Below are positions 26,248-36,992 of a DNA stretch of 64,000 bases, piece after piece (within the stretch, counting starts at the first letter, position 1; every line of letters begins with the position of its first letter). Under the pieces are notes generated by a model. That model had not been told where the DNA came from and searched no databases. It worked only from the letters and a program-made list of their open reading frames with translations. This DNA is from an uncultured Bacteroidales bacterium (GTDB lineage: Bacteria > Bacteroidota > Bacteroidia > Bacteroidales > Paludibacteraceae). Position numbers and translations under genes: made by a program. The DNA is taken from positions 2,714-66,713 of the forward strand of contig CALCGR010000151.1 in NCBI GenBank assembly GCA_937901025.1. The letters run 5' to 3'.

Positions 26248-28068
26248 ATGAAAAAGATATTTAATTTAGCAGTTATTGCTACTGTCGTTCTTTCGTTAAC
26301 GGGTTGCGAAGATTTCCTCAACCGTCCGACGATTGATAACTATAGTACAGGTAATTACTACCAAAATGATGAACAATGCATCATGGGTGTAAACTACTTG
26401 TATAACTCTCCTTGGTATGATTTCCAACGTGGATTCTTAGCAATGGGTGATTGCATGGCGGGTAACTACCATGATGATCAATACGGATTCTTACAACTCT
26501 CTCCGCAAGCTGCCGGTGACTATGCTACGAATATGTCTAAGTCCTTGTGGTCTGTGAATGGTCACTGCTCTACTGTGATTGAGAATATTGTTGCCGCTAA
26601 AGGTCCTAGTTCGGAGATTAAACGTCAAACCATTGGTGAAGCATTGGTTTGGAAAGCAATGGCTTATTTCTATTTGGTTCGTGTTTATGGTGAAGTGCCC
26701 ATTATCCACAAACCGGCTGATATGATTAACGAAGGTAACTATAATGCAGTTTATCGTAACACGAAAGAGAACTTGTATGACTACATTCTCATGATTCTTG
26801 AAACGGCTGAAACGCTGTTGCCGAAGAACCCTGCTCCTAACGGACGTGTGGACTACTGGTCTGCTCGCGCATTAGAGGCTAAGGTTTATTTGACTATGGC
26901 AGGTGTTAGCGGTCAACTGAATCAAGACTATTTGAAGAAAGCGTTCGACATCTCGAAAGACGTGATTGATAATTCCGGTCGTCATTTGATGGCTGATTAT
27001 GAACAAATCTTCTGGGGTGAGAACAATATCAGCGAAGAGGCTCTCATTTCTTGGATGTGGTCCGGTAAGACGACTGAGGCTTCCGGTTGGACGGCTCAGA
27101 ACTCGTTCCAAAATGACCTTGCTTTCGGTGAGATGGGTCAAAGTAAGGATAACTGGGGCGCTTGGAAAGGTGCACAAGTTAACTTGCAAGAGATCTTCGG
27201 TGTAACCGCTCTGGATAACCCTGCTACTCGTGCTGACATTGATAAGGACGCTCGTCGTCACGCTACTTACATGCTTCCGGGTGATGTATATCCTCACTTC
27301 TGGAGAACCGTTGGTGGCTTGGACGTACTCAAAGCTGTCTTTGATGATAGTTATGCACGTTTCGGTCTGCCGGGAAGTTGGGGTTCCAACACGGGTACAT
27401 TCGTTTGCGTTAAGCACTGCTATGGCGACTATGATGACCACACAGCTATGTTCGGTTATGCTCCTGCTCGTAACATGACGAGTGCTGTAGCTACCCACCT
27501 GCTCCGTTTAGGTGACCTGTACTTGGTTAACGCTGAGGCTGCTGTCCTTGGTGGTGGCGACATTGCTTATGGTCTTGCTCGTTTGAACGATGTTCGTCGT
27601 CGTTCCATCAAGGACTATCAAGATGCCGGTACTTATACATTTGAAGATGTATGGACGGAGCGTCGTAAAGAGCTCGCTATGGAAGGTGACCGTTGGTACG
27701 ACTTGGTTCGCGTAAGTTACTACAATGCTGATTTTGCTCTGAATAACCCGATTGATGGTTTGAAGATTCAAAAGCGTGGCGATTACTGGAACAAGGATTA
27801 CACCTATAAGACATTCTATGAGTCCTATAAGGGTAATGAGAATAACAAAGCCGCTTGGGTTTGGGATTTAGGTGAAGATGAGTTCCGTTATCCGACCAAT
27901 GAAGAGAGAGCTCAGCCACAAGCTTATCAAACTTCTCTTACCGATGCTGTGTTCCGTATGCCGATTACGGCTGATGACGTAATCTTCAACGGCAACTTAG
28001 CTACCGGTGTTGCTCCTATTAATGAGGATGTACGTGCGAAGTACACTTACGATTTTTCTAATCTTTAA
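26248..28068 (+). CDS. susD: SusD/RagB-family glycan-binding lipoprotein
   Basis: Lipobox LSLTGC. ..RRKELAMEGDRWYDLVR.. motif. Immediately follows susC. Confidence 0.9.
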   Translation: MKKIFNLAVIATVVLSLTGCEDFLNRPTIDNYSTGNYYQNDEQCIMGVNYLYNSPWYDFQRGFLAMGDCMAGNYHDDQYGFLQLSPQAAGDYATNMSKSLWSVNGHCSTVIENIVAAKGPSSEIKRQTIGEALVWKAMAYFYLVRVYGEVPIIHKPADMINEGNYNAVYRNTKENLYDYILMILETAETLLPKNPAPNGRVDYWSARALEAKVYLTMAGVSGQLNQDYLKKAFDISKDVIDNSGRHLMADYEQIFWGENNISEEALISWMWSGKTTEASGWTAQNSFQNDLAFGEMGQSKDNWGAWKGAQVNLQEIFGVTALDNPATRADIDKDARRHATYMLPGDVYPHFWRTVGGLDVLKAVFDDSYARFGLPGSWGSNTGTFVCVKHCYGDYDDHTAMFGYAPARNMTSAVATHLLRLGDLYLVNAEAAVLGGGDIAYGLARLNDVRRRSIKDYQDAGTYTFEDVWTERRKELAMEGDRWYDLVRVSYYNADFALNNPIDGLKIQKRGDYWNKDYTYKTFYESYKGNENNKAAWVWDLGEDEFRYPTNEERAQPQAYQTSLTDAVFRMPITADDVIFNGNLATGVAPINEDVRAKYTYDFSNL

Positions 28069-28081
28069 AAATTAAACAACA

Positions 28082-29392
28082 ATGAAAAATATAGTTAAAT
28101 TTGTTGGCATCGTATTAGCTACGGCATTGGTTGCAGTGGGTATGTCCTCTTGCAAACAAGACCCTTATAAATACGTTGTGACGGATGGTCAGCCGGTGAT
28201 TAAGTATATCACCACGACCGAAGCCTCTGCTGCTGACTCGTTGATTACGGGTGCAGCCACAGAAGCTGTAATCTGCATTGTTGGTGAGAATTTGACCTCG
28301 GTTAAGGAAGTTTATTTCAATGACTTGAAAGCTATCTTGAGTTCGAGTTTTATCACCTACAACACTATGCTTGTTCAAGTTCCCGCCTCTATTCCCGGTG
28401 AAGTAACGAATAAGATTTACTTCAAAGCCAAGAATGGTGAAACCGTTACTTTCCCCTTTGAGGTGGAAGTTCCCGGACCGACCGTAACCGGTACTGTTTG
28501 TGAATATGTTCTGCCCGGTAAGCAAGGCGTTCTGCAAGGAAACTATTTTGTTGACGATCCTAACGTTCCGTTAGAGGTTGTTATGCCTGATGGTCAAGCT
28601 GCTAAGGTGGTTAGTTTCACTCAAACGAGTTTGACCTATGAGGTTCCTGCCGGTAGTACTGCAAGCGGTAAGATTATGGTTAAAACCATTTATGGTAGCT
28701 GCGAGAGTAACTTTAACTTCAACGACAAGACCAACATCCTCTTCGACTGGGATGCTGATGAAGCTTCTTTGACTACTCCTTATGGTAAGGCTAATGGTTG
28801 GCAACCCGCTACGGCACACATCGGTGTAACGGATGACGTTGAACCGATTGACGGTAAGTATATCTACTTCACAGGTGACTTGTCTGCCGGTCCCGGTGCT
28901 GTATGGGATGAAGGTCCTTGGAGCTTCACTTTCTGGCCCGGCGATAACTGGGGAACCGTTTATCCGAACCTGCAAGAGAATACTGAGTTTGCTGCTATTT
29001 TGGCAAGCCACAAGTGGGATGAACTTAAGCTCAAATTTGAGGTATGTGTTCCGAAGGCAAGTCCTTGGGCTGCTCAAGGTTTAGGTATTTACTTCACCCC
29101 GAAATCGTATGTTGATGGTACGAACCAAAACAACGGTTATTATGCTGACGCTGCGTTCCCACGTGCTTGGTATATGCCTTGGAAGGACAGTGGAAGCTTT
29201 GATACCGGTGGTGAATGGATTACCGTTATTATTCCGATGACTGAGTTTAAGTACAACCACGAAGGTAATGCTGTAGGTGGCATTGACGAGACTTATTTCG
29301 ATGGTATGTCTATGTTCTTATGGAACGGCGGCGTACAGGGTAAGGATTGCCACGCTTTCGTAGCTGTAGATAATATTCGTGTAGTGCCCTAA
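28082..29392 (+). CDS. Surface glycan-binding lipoprotein with IPT/TIG-like domain (SusE/F position)
   Basis: Lipobox GMSSC. ITGAATEAVICIVGENLTSVKEVYFND is IPT-like. The C-terminal half is rich in W and aromatic residues. Confidence 0.6.
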   Translation: MKNIVKFVGIVLATALVAVGMSSCKQDPYKYVVTDGQPVIKYITTTEASAADSLITGAATEAVICIVGENLTSVKEVYFNDLKAILSSSFITYNTMLVQVPASIPGEVTNKIYFKAKNGETVTFPFEVEVPGPTVTGTVCEYVLPGKQGVLQGNYFVDDPNVPLEVVMPDGQAAKVVSFTQTSLTYEVPAGSTASGKIMVKTIYGSCESNFNFNDKTNILFDWDADEASLTTPYGKANGWQPATAHIGVTDDVEPIDGKYIYFTGDLSAGPGAVWDEGPWSFTFWPGDNWGTVYPNLQENTEFAAILASHKWDELKLKFEVCVPKASPWAAQGLGIYFTPKSYVDGTNQNNGYYADAAFPRAWYMPWKDSGSFDTGGEWITVIIPMTEFKYNHEGNAVGGIDETYFDGMSMFLWNGGVQGKDCHAFVAVDNIRVVP

Positions 29393-29412
29393 TGCTTAAA
29401 AATTAACGAATT

Positions 29413-31788
29413 ATGAAAACATTCAATAAATTTATGATGTTGGTAGGTCTCGCCATAGTGGCGAGCCTAACCATCACCTCTTGCAAGACGGATAGACTGA
29501 ATACAAATCCGCTTGACAAGAAAGGTGTTACCCTCGTGGCTTACGGACCTAATCCTGTAGCACGTGGTGGTTATATGCGCTTCATGGGTACCGGTATGGA
29601 TCAAATTGCTTCCATCACCTTGGCAGGTCAAGAATTAACGGTTGAACCTGTGAGCAAGGAAGAGGTTAAGGCTTTGATCCCTCAAGATGCCAAGATTGGT
29701 AAAGTCGTTTTGAAAGCCAATGACGGTACTGAACTCGTAGGCTCGAGAGAGGTTACTTATACCGAGCCTGTTGGTTTCGACAAAGACAAAGCCTTTGAGC
29801 CTGCTACTGTTAAAGCCGGTCAAACGTTGAAGATTAACGGTGAATACCTCAACCTTGTAACGAAGGTTATCTTCGCTGAAGGCGTAGAGGTTACCAAGTT
29901 CAAAGAGCATGATCGCAAGTACATTGTGATTGAGAACTTCCCCGCAGAAGCTCAAACAGGTAAGGTTACCTTATCGTTCGTTGCTACCGGTGACACGATT
30001 GCTCAAGAGATTCCTTCCGAGACTAAGCTGAACGTTGTTCTTCCTTCTGTAGCTGAAATTGCTGAGTTCACTGAGGTGAAAGCCGGTGATAAGAAGACCA
30101 TTGAAGGTGAAAACTTAGACTTAGTTGTTGATGTTGTTACCTCTACCGGTGATACGCTGGACTTTATCGTTAGCAACGAAGGAGCTCAGATTGAAATCAC
30201 GATGCCTGAGGTTGTAACGAACTGCGTCATCAACGTATTTGCTGCTTCCGGCATTGCCGTTCCGGTAGCTACTATCGGTGTGGCTCTGCCTAAGGTTGCT
30301 TCGGTTGAAGACAATACCGATGTAAGAGAAGGTAGCGAAGTTGTTATCAATGGTACCGACATGGCTATCGTTTCCGCTATCAACTTCGTTGATATCAAGG
30401 GTAATGCTATCACCGTTGATGGTGACGGTATTTCGGTTACGGAAACGCAAGTTGTCGTTGCTGTACCGGCTGCTGCCATTACGGGTGCAATGGTTATCAA
30501 GACTACCGCCAATATTGATGTAGAAGATGAGAAACTCACTATCGAGACTCTCAAACCCGCTGTTACTGCTTTCAATCCCGCAGAGATTGCTATGGGTGGT
30601 ACCGTTGCTGTCAATGGTACAGACCTTGACCTCGTTAAGACTGTTACGCTGACCGGTGGTGCTGTTTTGGAGCCTGCTGACGCTTCTGAAACAACCTTCA
30701 ACATCACGATTCCTTATGCTAATGCTGAGACCGGTAAGGTTACGCTGACTATGCACAATGGTGAGACCGTTGAGACGGACGTTGAGTTGACAATCAACGC
30801 TCCTGAGTGCTGCTACGTTGTAGAATGGCCGGATCCCGAAGTTGAAATCAAGGCCGGTACGATGATGGTTATCACCGTGGCTAACATTGACAAACTGACG
30901 ACCGTTAAGATTGATGGTCAAGATTGCCAAATCATCAAGATGGGTGACCAATTATACATCGCTGTTCCTGATGCAGCCGGTAAGAACTCGGTTATCACTC
31001 TCGTTTCCGAGAATGGTTCGATTGACTATCCGTATGCATTCGTTCCTAACACCGAACAAAAACGTTCGTTGTGGAAGGGTGCTCTGCCTATCAGCTGGGG
31101 TGATGATGGCAAGATTCATATTGCCGCAAGTGCAATGGCTGAAGTTCCCGCAGGTGCTGAATTGGTTATGTGCTACACGCAAATAGATCAAACTTGGGGT
31201 CAAGCTCAAATGTGCTTCGGTGACTGGAGTAAGAAACTCTTACCTGATGGTACAACGACCACCGGTGACGGTGCATTGGTTCCGACGGACATCTATGGTT
31301 GGTTCACTGATGGTATTCTCTATCGTGAGACTCCGATTGTATTAACGGATGAGTTATTAACAGATCTCCGCGCTCACGTAGATGGTAATGGTGATATTCT
31401 CCACATCCAAGGTTCTGACCTTATCTTCAACGAGGTTTATGTTCGTTGGACGATTTCGTTGGAGACTACGCTGGCTACCGGTCCGTTCATTGCAACTGGT
31501 TGGGGAGCTCAACCTACTGTTTTGAATAATGGAGAACTCGCTGGAGCGAAAGCCGGTCAGATTCTGCGCATGTACATTACTCCGATTGATGGTGGTTATT
31601 GGCAAGTGCAATTATTCCCGACCGACTGGTCTGCACAAGTTGTTGCCTTTACTGCCGGTGATTGGGACTTAGCTGCACATAATGGTGCTATTGAAATCGT
31701 TTTGACGGATGAAATAATCAGTAAATTCCAACCGGGTATCGTTCTTAATGGCGATTTGACTCAAGTTGATAAGATTACTCTCGAGTAA
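29413..31788 (+). CDS. Surface lipoprotein with multiple IPT/TIG-like repeats
   Basis: Lipobox LTITSC. Repeated modules ..G..L.I.G.NLDLV..V.. (for example GTDLDLVKTVTLTGG). Confidence 0.6.
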   Translation: MKTFNKFMMLVGLAIVASLTITSCKTDRLNTNPLDKKGVTLVAYGPNPVARGGYMRFMGTGMDQIASITLAGQELTVEPVSKEEVKALIPQDAKIGKVVLKANDGTELVGSREVTYTEPVGFDKDKAFEPATVKAGQTLKINGEYLNLVTKVIFAEGVEVTKFKEHDRKYIVIENFPAEAQTGKVTLSFVATGDTIAQEIPSETKLNVVLPSVAEIAEFTEVKAGDKKTIEGENLDLVVDVVTSTGDTLDFIVSNEGAQIEITMPEVVTNCVINVFAASGIAVPVATIGVALPKVASVEDNTDVREGSEVVINGTDMAIVSAINFVDIKGNAITVDGDGISVTETQVVVAVPAAAITGAMVIKTTANIDVEDEKLTIETLKPAVTAFNPAEIAMGGTVAVNGTDLDLVKTVTLTGGAVLEPADASETTFNITIPYANAETGKVTLTMHNGETVETDVELTINAPECCYVVEWPDPEVEIKAGTMMVITVANIDKLTTVKIDGQDCQIIKMGDQLYIAVPDAAGKNSVITLVSENGSIDYPYAFVPNTEQKRSLWKGALPISWGDDGKIHIAASAMAEVPAGAELVMCYTQIDQTWGQAQMCFGDWSKKLLPDGTTTTGDGALVPTDIYGWFTDGILYRETPIVLTDELLTDLRAHVDGNGDILHIQGSDLIFNEVYVRWTISLETTLATGPFIATGWGAQPTVLNNGELAGAKAGQILRMYITPIDGGYWQVQLFPTDWSAQVVAFTAGDWDLAAHNGAIEIVLTDEIISKFQPGIVLNGDLTQVDKITLE

Positions 31789-31810
31789 TCCATCATCTGC
31801 TATACAAATT

Positions 31811-31843
31811 CAGGGGAAGTCGCAAGACCTCCCCTGTTTTTTT
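31811..31843 (+). terminator. Rho-independent terminator after the susCD/SGBP unit
   Basis: caggggaagtc GCAA gacctcccctg (11-bp stem, one mismatch), then T7 at 31837-31843. Confidence 0.8.
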
Positions 31844-31883
31844 GATACTAATTTATCCAAAATCGTTGCAATAGTGCGCATTA

Positions 31884-31915
31884 TTTGCATAAGTGCAAAA
31901 GATTTTGTAACTTTG
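31884..31915 (+). promoter_or_regulatory. Promoter P9 for the 17-gene CAZyme run
   Basis: TTTG 31884-31887, 20 nt, TAACTTTG 31908-31915. The upstream gtgcgcatt motif is also seen at about 455-470. Confidence 0.65.
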
Positions 31916-31947
31916 TAGCCAAATTAGAAAAACATTCAATTTATAAT

Positions 31948-33075
31948 ATGAAACACAGTCTTATTATTTCCTTGGCAAGTGTACTCACTTTGACCGCTTG
32001 CGGGCAGCAAGAGTCTGCCGTTTCCGTTGCTCCGCTCAAACAGACGGTTGGGCAGCATTTCGCTATCGGCTGCGCTCTGAACACGAAAATCGTTAACCGT
32101 TCTGACAGTAAAGCCAACCGGATGGTGGTAACCCACTTTAACTCTATCGTCGCTGAAAACTGCATGAAAGAGGAGAGTCTCTCTCCCCGTGAAGGTCAAT
32201 GGAGATGGAAAGATGCGGATAAGTTGGTCGCTTTCGGAGAGGCGAACAACATGCGCATCATCGGTCACTGCCTCGTATGGCACTCGCAAGCAGCTCCGTG
32301 GATATTCACCGACGAAGAGGGTAACGACGTGAGCCGCGAAGTACTTATCGAGCGTATGCATAATTATATCGCCACCGTCGTAGGCCGCTATAAAGGTCGT
32401 ATCTACGGTTGGGACGTTTGCAATGAGTGTTGGAATTCGGACGGCACGATGCGCGACACCAAATGGCGCGAGATCATCGGCGATGACTATATGGAACTCG
32501 CCTTCCGCTTTGCCCACGAAGCCGACCCGGATGCAGAACTCTACTACAACGATTATGACATGTCCAAACCTGCCAAATATTTGGCGGTTTGTCAGATGGT
32601 TCGCGACTTCCAAACGAAGGGTATCCGCATTGATGCCGTAGGTATGCAGAGCCATAACGGACTCACTTATCCCGACCTCACGGACTACGAGAACGCGATG
32701 GATAGTTTAGCCGCTACCGGCGTCAAAGTCAATATCACCGAGCTGGATATCAATGTGCTGCCCCGTCCCGAAGAGTTCTTGGCCGGTGGCGCCGATATCA
32801 GCGAGATGTTCAAGTACCGTCCCGAACTGGATCCTTATCGCAACGGACTGCCCGAAGACGTGGCTGCCTCGATTGACCAACGCTGGTTGACTTTCTTCGA
32901 GATATACAAACGGCACGAACACCAGATTGACCGCGTCACGTTGTGGGGGCTTAGCGATAAAGACTCGTGGCTCAACGATTGGCCTATTGACGGAAGACGC
33001 AACTACGGAGTGTTGTTTGACCGCAACTATGACCCTAAAAGTGTAATAACCAATATCGAAAAACTATATGAATAA
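31948..33075 (+). CDS. GH10 endo-1,4-beta-xylanase (lipoprotein)
   Basis: LTLTACGQQ lipobox. AENCMKEESL, GHCLVWHSQ, WDVCNE and NITELDI catalytic-region motifs. Start moved to the ATG after P9. Confidence 0.85.
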   Translation: MKHSLIISLASVLTLTACGQQESAVSVAPLKQTVGQHFAIGCALNTKIVNRSDSKANRMVVTHFNSIVAENCMKEESLSPREGQWRWKDADKLVAFGEANNMRIIGHCLVWHSQAAPWIFTDEEGNDVSREVLIERMHNYIATVVGRYKGRIYGWDVCNECWNSDGTMRDTKWREIIGDDYMELAFRFAHEADPDAELYYNDYDMSKPAKYLAVCQMVRDFQTKGIRIDAVGMQSHNGLTYPDLTDYENAMDSLAATGVKVNITELDINVLPRPEEFLAGGADISEMFKYRPELDPYRNGLPEDVAASIDQRWLTFFEIYKRHEHQIDRVTLWGLSDKDSWLNDWPIDGRRNYGVLFDRNYDPKSVITNIEKLYE

Positions 33076-34471
33076 CACAAAAAACAATCCCGAACGCCTT
33101 AGTTGGCTTACGCGCATCGGATTTGCTTCCGGTGACATGGCGCAAAATCTGATTTATCAGACCGTATGCATGTATCTGCTCTTTTTCTACACGGATATAT
33201 ATGGTCTATCCCCTGCTGTGGCTGCCACGATGTTCCTCGTTGTCCGCCTTGTGGATGTACTCTGGGATCCGATGGTCGGTACCTTCGTTGACAAACACCA
33301 CCCTCGCTGGGGCAAATACCGTTCCTACCTCGTCTTGGCCGGTCTGCCTCTGACCGTACTGGCTATTCTGTGCTTCTGGAACGGCATGGAGGGACAGACA
33401 GAGACCATCAAGATCATCTACGCCTACGTAACTTATGTAGGTCTGTCGATGCTCTATACGCTGGTTAATGTGCCTTACGGTGCCCTCAACTCTTCGCTTA
33501 CGCGCGACACGGACGAGATAACGGTGCTGACCTCTATCCGTATGTTCATGGCGAACTGCGGCGGACTGGCTGTCAGTGCCGGTATTCCTATTCTCGTGGC
33601 TGCTCTTGCGGCTCCGGGGGCAGAACTGCCTATTAAGATGGCGTTGTTCATGGGACTGGGTTCGCTGCCCTCCTTTATCTTTATGCCGCTCGTGCCGGCT
33701 ATCCGCCGCAAAGTGGGGAAGAAGAATATGTTCTATATCTTCCTTTCCATTGCTATTTTGGGTATGGCGATGCTGTATGTCATTAGCAAAGTGGGTTCGG
33801 TAGCGGATAATATCGTTCTTATCTATATCGCTCAGTTTATCAAATCGACCGGTGTGATTGTGGCTACCGGTTATATGTGGGCACTCATTCCCGAAGTCAT
33901 CACCTATGCCGAATATACGAGCGGGAAACGAATTGCCGGTATCGTAAACGCATTGACGGGAATCTTCTACAAAGCCGGTATGGCTCTGGGTGGTGTTATC
34001 CCGGGAGCAGTGCTCGCCTTTACGCAGTATCAACCTACGGCAGAAAGTGCCAGCACGTTGCCTAAAGACTCGTCCGCTTGGTTCGTGGCAATGCTTATCT
34101 ATGCGGTCTTCGGTTTCGCGTTGCTTGTGTTCTGCTTCTCGCAATGTAAGGAGCGTGTGGTAATGGATGCGGAGGCTACGAAGAATGTTAAGGTGTCCGA
34201 TTTGTGGATGGAGTTTGTGCGTAACCGCCCATTGCGTATTGTAGCCTACTTCTTCATCACCGCTTTTGCTATGATGTCTGTCGGCAACTCTGCCGGAGCT
34301 TATTTTATGAATAACATGGAGACTCAGACGCCTCTTGCCCAAGAGGGTATCCGTTGGCTGGTCTGCGTCATCCCGGCGATACTGCTGATGCTCGCTATGT
34401 TCATTATCTCCCGTTATGAACTGACCGACGAGAAAATTGACGAAATGAACAAACAATTAAATTCCAAATAA
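33068..34471 (+). CDS. GPH-family (glycoside-pentoside-hexuronide) cation symporter
   Basis: GFASGDMAQNLIYQ.., VRLVDVLWDPMVGTFVDK and about 12 TM segments. GH10-symporter-GH43 order as in Bacteroidales xylan clusters. Confidence 0.85.
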   Translation: MNNTKNNPERLSWLTRIGFASGDMAQNLIYQTVCMYLLFFYTDIYGLSPAVAATMFLVVRLVDVLWDPMVGTFVDKHHPRWGKYRSYLVLAGLPLTVLAILCFWNGMEGQTETIKIIYAYVTYVGLSMLYTLVNVPYGALNSSLTRDTDEITVLTSIRMFMANCGGLAVSAGIPILVAALAAPGAELPIKMALFMGLGSLPSFIFMPLVPAIRRKVGKKNMFYIFLSIAILGMAMLYVISKVGSVADNIVLIYIAQFIKSTGVIVATGYMWALIPEVITYAEYTSGKRIAGIVNALTGIFYKAGMALGGVIPGAVLAFTQYQPTAESASTLPKDSSAWFVAMLIYAVFGFALLVFCFSQCKERVVMDAEATKNVKVSDLWMEFVRNRPLRIVAYFFITAFAMMSVGNSAGAYFMNNMETQTPLAQEGIRWLVCVIPAILLMLAMFIISRYELTDEKIDEMNKQLNSK

Positions 34472-34472
34472 T

Positions 34473-35396
34473 ATGAAAACACGTTATTTATTCAGCAAAG
34501 ACTACATGGCAGACCCTTCTGTACATGTTTTTAACGGAAAAGTGTATATCTATCCTTCTCACGATATTGATAACAATACCGGTGAGAACGACAACGGCGA
34601 TCATTTCGCTATGCGTGACTACCACGTTTTGCGTCTTGATAATATAGAAGAAGGCGAAGCCGTGGATTGCGGTAAGATCCTTGACTTGGACGATATCCCA
34701 TGGGCTAGCAAACAACTGTGGGATAACGATGTGGTAGAGAAGGACGGCAAGTACTACCTTATCTATAGCGGTAAGGACAAGAGCGGTATTTTCCGCCTTG
34801 GTGTAGCGATTGCTGATAATCCGGAAGGCCCGTTCAAACCCGAAGCCGATCCTATTCGCGGTTCCTACAGTATTGACCCCTGTATGTTCAAAGACGAGGA
34901 TGGCTCGATTTACTGCATTTGGGGCGGTATTTGGGGTGGACAATTGCAGTTCTATAAAGACAACGCCTTGGTAGCCGATGCTCCCTATTTGCCTAAAGGT
35001 ACGGAACCTTGTATCTGCCCGCGTATCGCTAAGATGACGGACGATGTGTTGCAGTTTGCTGAGGAACCCCGCGAAGTGGTTATTCTCAACGAGAACGGCG
35101 AGAGGATGTTGGCGGAGGATATCCATCACTTCTTTGAGGGCAGTTGGTTGCATAAAGAGGGTGACAAGTATATCCTTACCTATTCCACCGGAGATACTCA
35201 TTTGCTTTGCTATGCTGAAGGTAATAACCCTTACGGACCCTTCACGTTCAAGGGCGTATGGCTTGAACCGGTGGTAGGCTGGACGACCCATTGTAGTGTG
35301 ATTGTGGTCAACGGAAAACGACTGCTGTTCTTCCACGATAGCGTACCTTCCAACGGCGTGACTTGGCTGCGTTCCCTTAAAGTAAAAGAAATTTAA
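34473..35396 (+). CDS. GH43 beta-xylosidase/alpha-L-arabinofuranosidase (Xsa-like, cytoplasmic)
   Basis: DYMADPSVHVFNGKVYIYPSHD, ENDNGDHFAMRDYHV and GSYSIDPCMF resemble Bacteroides Xsa. No signal peptide. Confidence 0.85.
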   Translation: MKTRYLFSKDYMADPSVHVFNGKVYIYPSHDIDNNTGENDNGDHFAMRDYHVLRLDNIEEGEAVDCGKILDLDDIPWASKQLWDNDVVEKDGKYYLIYSGKDKSGIFRLGVAIADNPEGPFKPEADPIRGSYSIDPCMFKDEDGSIYCIWGGIWGGQLQFYKDNALVADAPYLPKGTEPCICPRIAKMTDDVLQFAEEPREVVILNENGERMLAEDIHHFFEGSWLHKEGDKYILTYSTGDTHLLCYAEGNNPYGPFTFKGVWLEPVVGWTTHCSVIVVNGKRLLFFHDSVPSNGVTWLRSLKVKEI

Positions 35397-35420
35397 TAAC
35401 CCTAAAATAATTTTATACAA

Positions 35421-36992
35421 ATGAAATCTTTTCGTTTCGCGCTGTTGGCGCTCATAGGTCTGCTAACCATCGTTTCTTGCAAACCCAAACCCGTAGAACC
35501 CGAATCGCCTGAAGTTAAAACTACACTCAATGTTGAGAGTTGTTCCATCAAAGAGGGCGCTTTTGTTGATATTCTCCGTACCACGTCCGTTACGATTATG
35601 TTCGGTAATGGTATGATGATTAAATTGAGTGACACTCCCATTACGCTTAATGGCGCAGCCGTTACCCCGAAGATGAATGGTGAGTGGACAGGTATCGAGA
35701 TTGCTTTGGCATTAGAGGCAGAGAAAGATTATGAACTCATCATTCCTCAAGGGGCGGTGCAATTATACAAAGACGCTTCTCGCGTTAATCCCGAGTTTAA
35801 GTTGCACTTTACCACCAAGGAGAGCGAACGACCTGTTGATCCGGGAATCACAGCTCATAACCTCGTAGAGAAATTAGGCTTTGGTTGGAACCTCGGCAAC
35901 CACTTCGATAGTTATAACGAGCAGTTCGAGTATAATGGTTCGAAGGGTATTGAATGGGGTTATTGGGATGGTGCTAAACCGACACAAGCCCTCTATACAA
36001 GCTTGGTTGATGCCGGTTTCAAGACACTCCGTATGCCTATCACTTGGGGTAACTGGCAAGTAAGGGAGAATTATGCGATTGCAGATAATTTCATGGCAGA
36101 GGTGAAGCAGAACGTAGATTGGGCAGTGGAAGCCGGTCTGTTCGTGCTCGTCAACACCCACCACGACGAGTATTGGCAGGATGCTGTACATGCTTTGGGA
36201 AACATGGCACTCCGCGATTCGATAGAGGAGCGTATCAAAGCCACGTGGCAACAGATTGCCGTTGCGTTCAAGGACTACGATAATGATAAGCTGATGTTCG
36301 AGACCTACAACGAGATTCACGATGATAACTGGGGGTGGGGAAGTCTGAATTACAATGGCTTATGTCAACTCATGGAGCGGTGGAATCAAATAGCGGTCGA
36401 TGTGATTCGCGCTACCGGTGGCAATAACGCTGACCGTTGGATAGGCGTTCCGTCTTTCTGCGCCTCGGATATCTTCACGGTGGGTCCTAAGCACGTACTC
36501 GCTATTCCGGAAGACCCTGCTAATAAAATCATGGTTGCTGTCCATACGTATGCCCCGTTTGAGTTCTGCACCGAAGGAACGGTTCAACAATGGGGTCATA
36601 CGGCTACTGAAGCTAAGGCTGCTAAAAATGGCGAAGCGGATGTGAGAAACTTCTTCGATAAACTTAAGAAAGAGTTTATTGATAAGGATATACCTATCTA
36701 CGTAGGAGAGTTCGGTTGCGAGACACGCGCCAATGCTGCTGACGAGAAATACCGCACGTACTTTATGGAGTATCTCTGCCGTGCATCGTATTTTGCCGGT
36801 ATTCCTGTCATGTTGTGGGATAATAACAACAATAATCAAGGCACCGGTGGCGGTGGTGAGTGCTTCTGGTATGTTAACCACACGACAGGCGCACTGAATA
36901 CTCCGGAATTGATAGCTACGATGGTCAAAGCCGCTACCAGCGACAATGCCGCCTATACCCTCGAATCTATTTATAACAACGCACCGAAATGA
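35421..36992 (+). CDS. GH5 endoglucanase-type glycosidase (lipoprotein, N-terminal Ig-like region)
   Basis: Lipobox [47 protein letters not shown]. Confidence 0.8.
   Translation: MKSFRFALLALIGLLTIVSCKPKPVEPESPEVKTTLNVESCSIKEGAFVDILRTTSVTIMFGNGMMIKLSDTPITLNGAAVTPKMNGEWTGIEIALALEAEKDYELIIPQGAVQLYKDASRVNPEFKLHFTTKESERPVDPGITAHNLVEKLGFGWNLGNHFDSYNEQFEYNGSKGIEWGYWDGAKPTQALYTSLVDAGFKTLRMPITWGNWQVRENYAIADNFMAEVKQNVDWAVEAGLFVLVNTHHDEYWQDAVHALGNMALRDSIEERIKATWQQIAVAFKDYDNDKLMFETYNEIHDDNWGWGSLNYNGLCQLMERWNQIAVDVIRATGGNNADRWIGVPSFCASDIFTVGPKHVLAIPEDPANKIMVAVHTYAPFEFCTEGTVQQWGHTATEAKAAKNGEADVRNFFDKLKKEFIDKDIPIYVGEFGCETRANAADEKYRTYFMEYLCRASYFAGIPVMLWDNNNNNQGTGGGGECFWYVNHTTGALNTPELIATMVKAATSDNAAYTLESIYNNAPK

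Noticed and set aside
33206-34456. 416-aa ORF on the minus strand
   Set aside because: It is antisense to the GPH symporter. The translation is R/H/Q/D-rich and low-complexity-like, with no recognisable domain. The sense gene has typical transporter motifs and about 12 TM segments.
34488-35420. 310-aa ORF on the minus strand
   Set aside because: It is antisense to the Xsa-like GH43 gene, whose identity is strong. It has no independent signals. The same reasoning applies to other long antisense ORFs (for example 47354-48145, 36360-37046, 40255-40947, 30121-30951).
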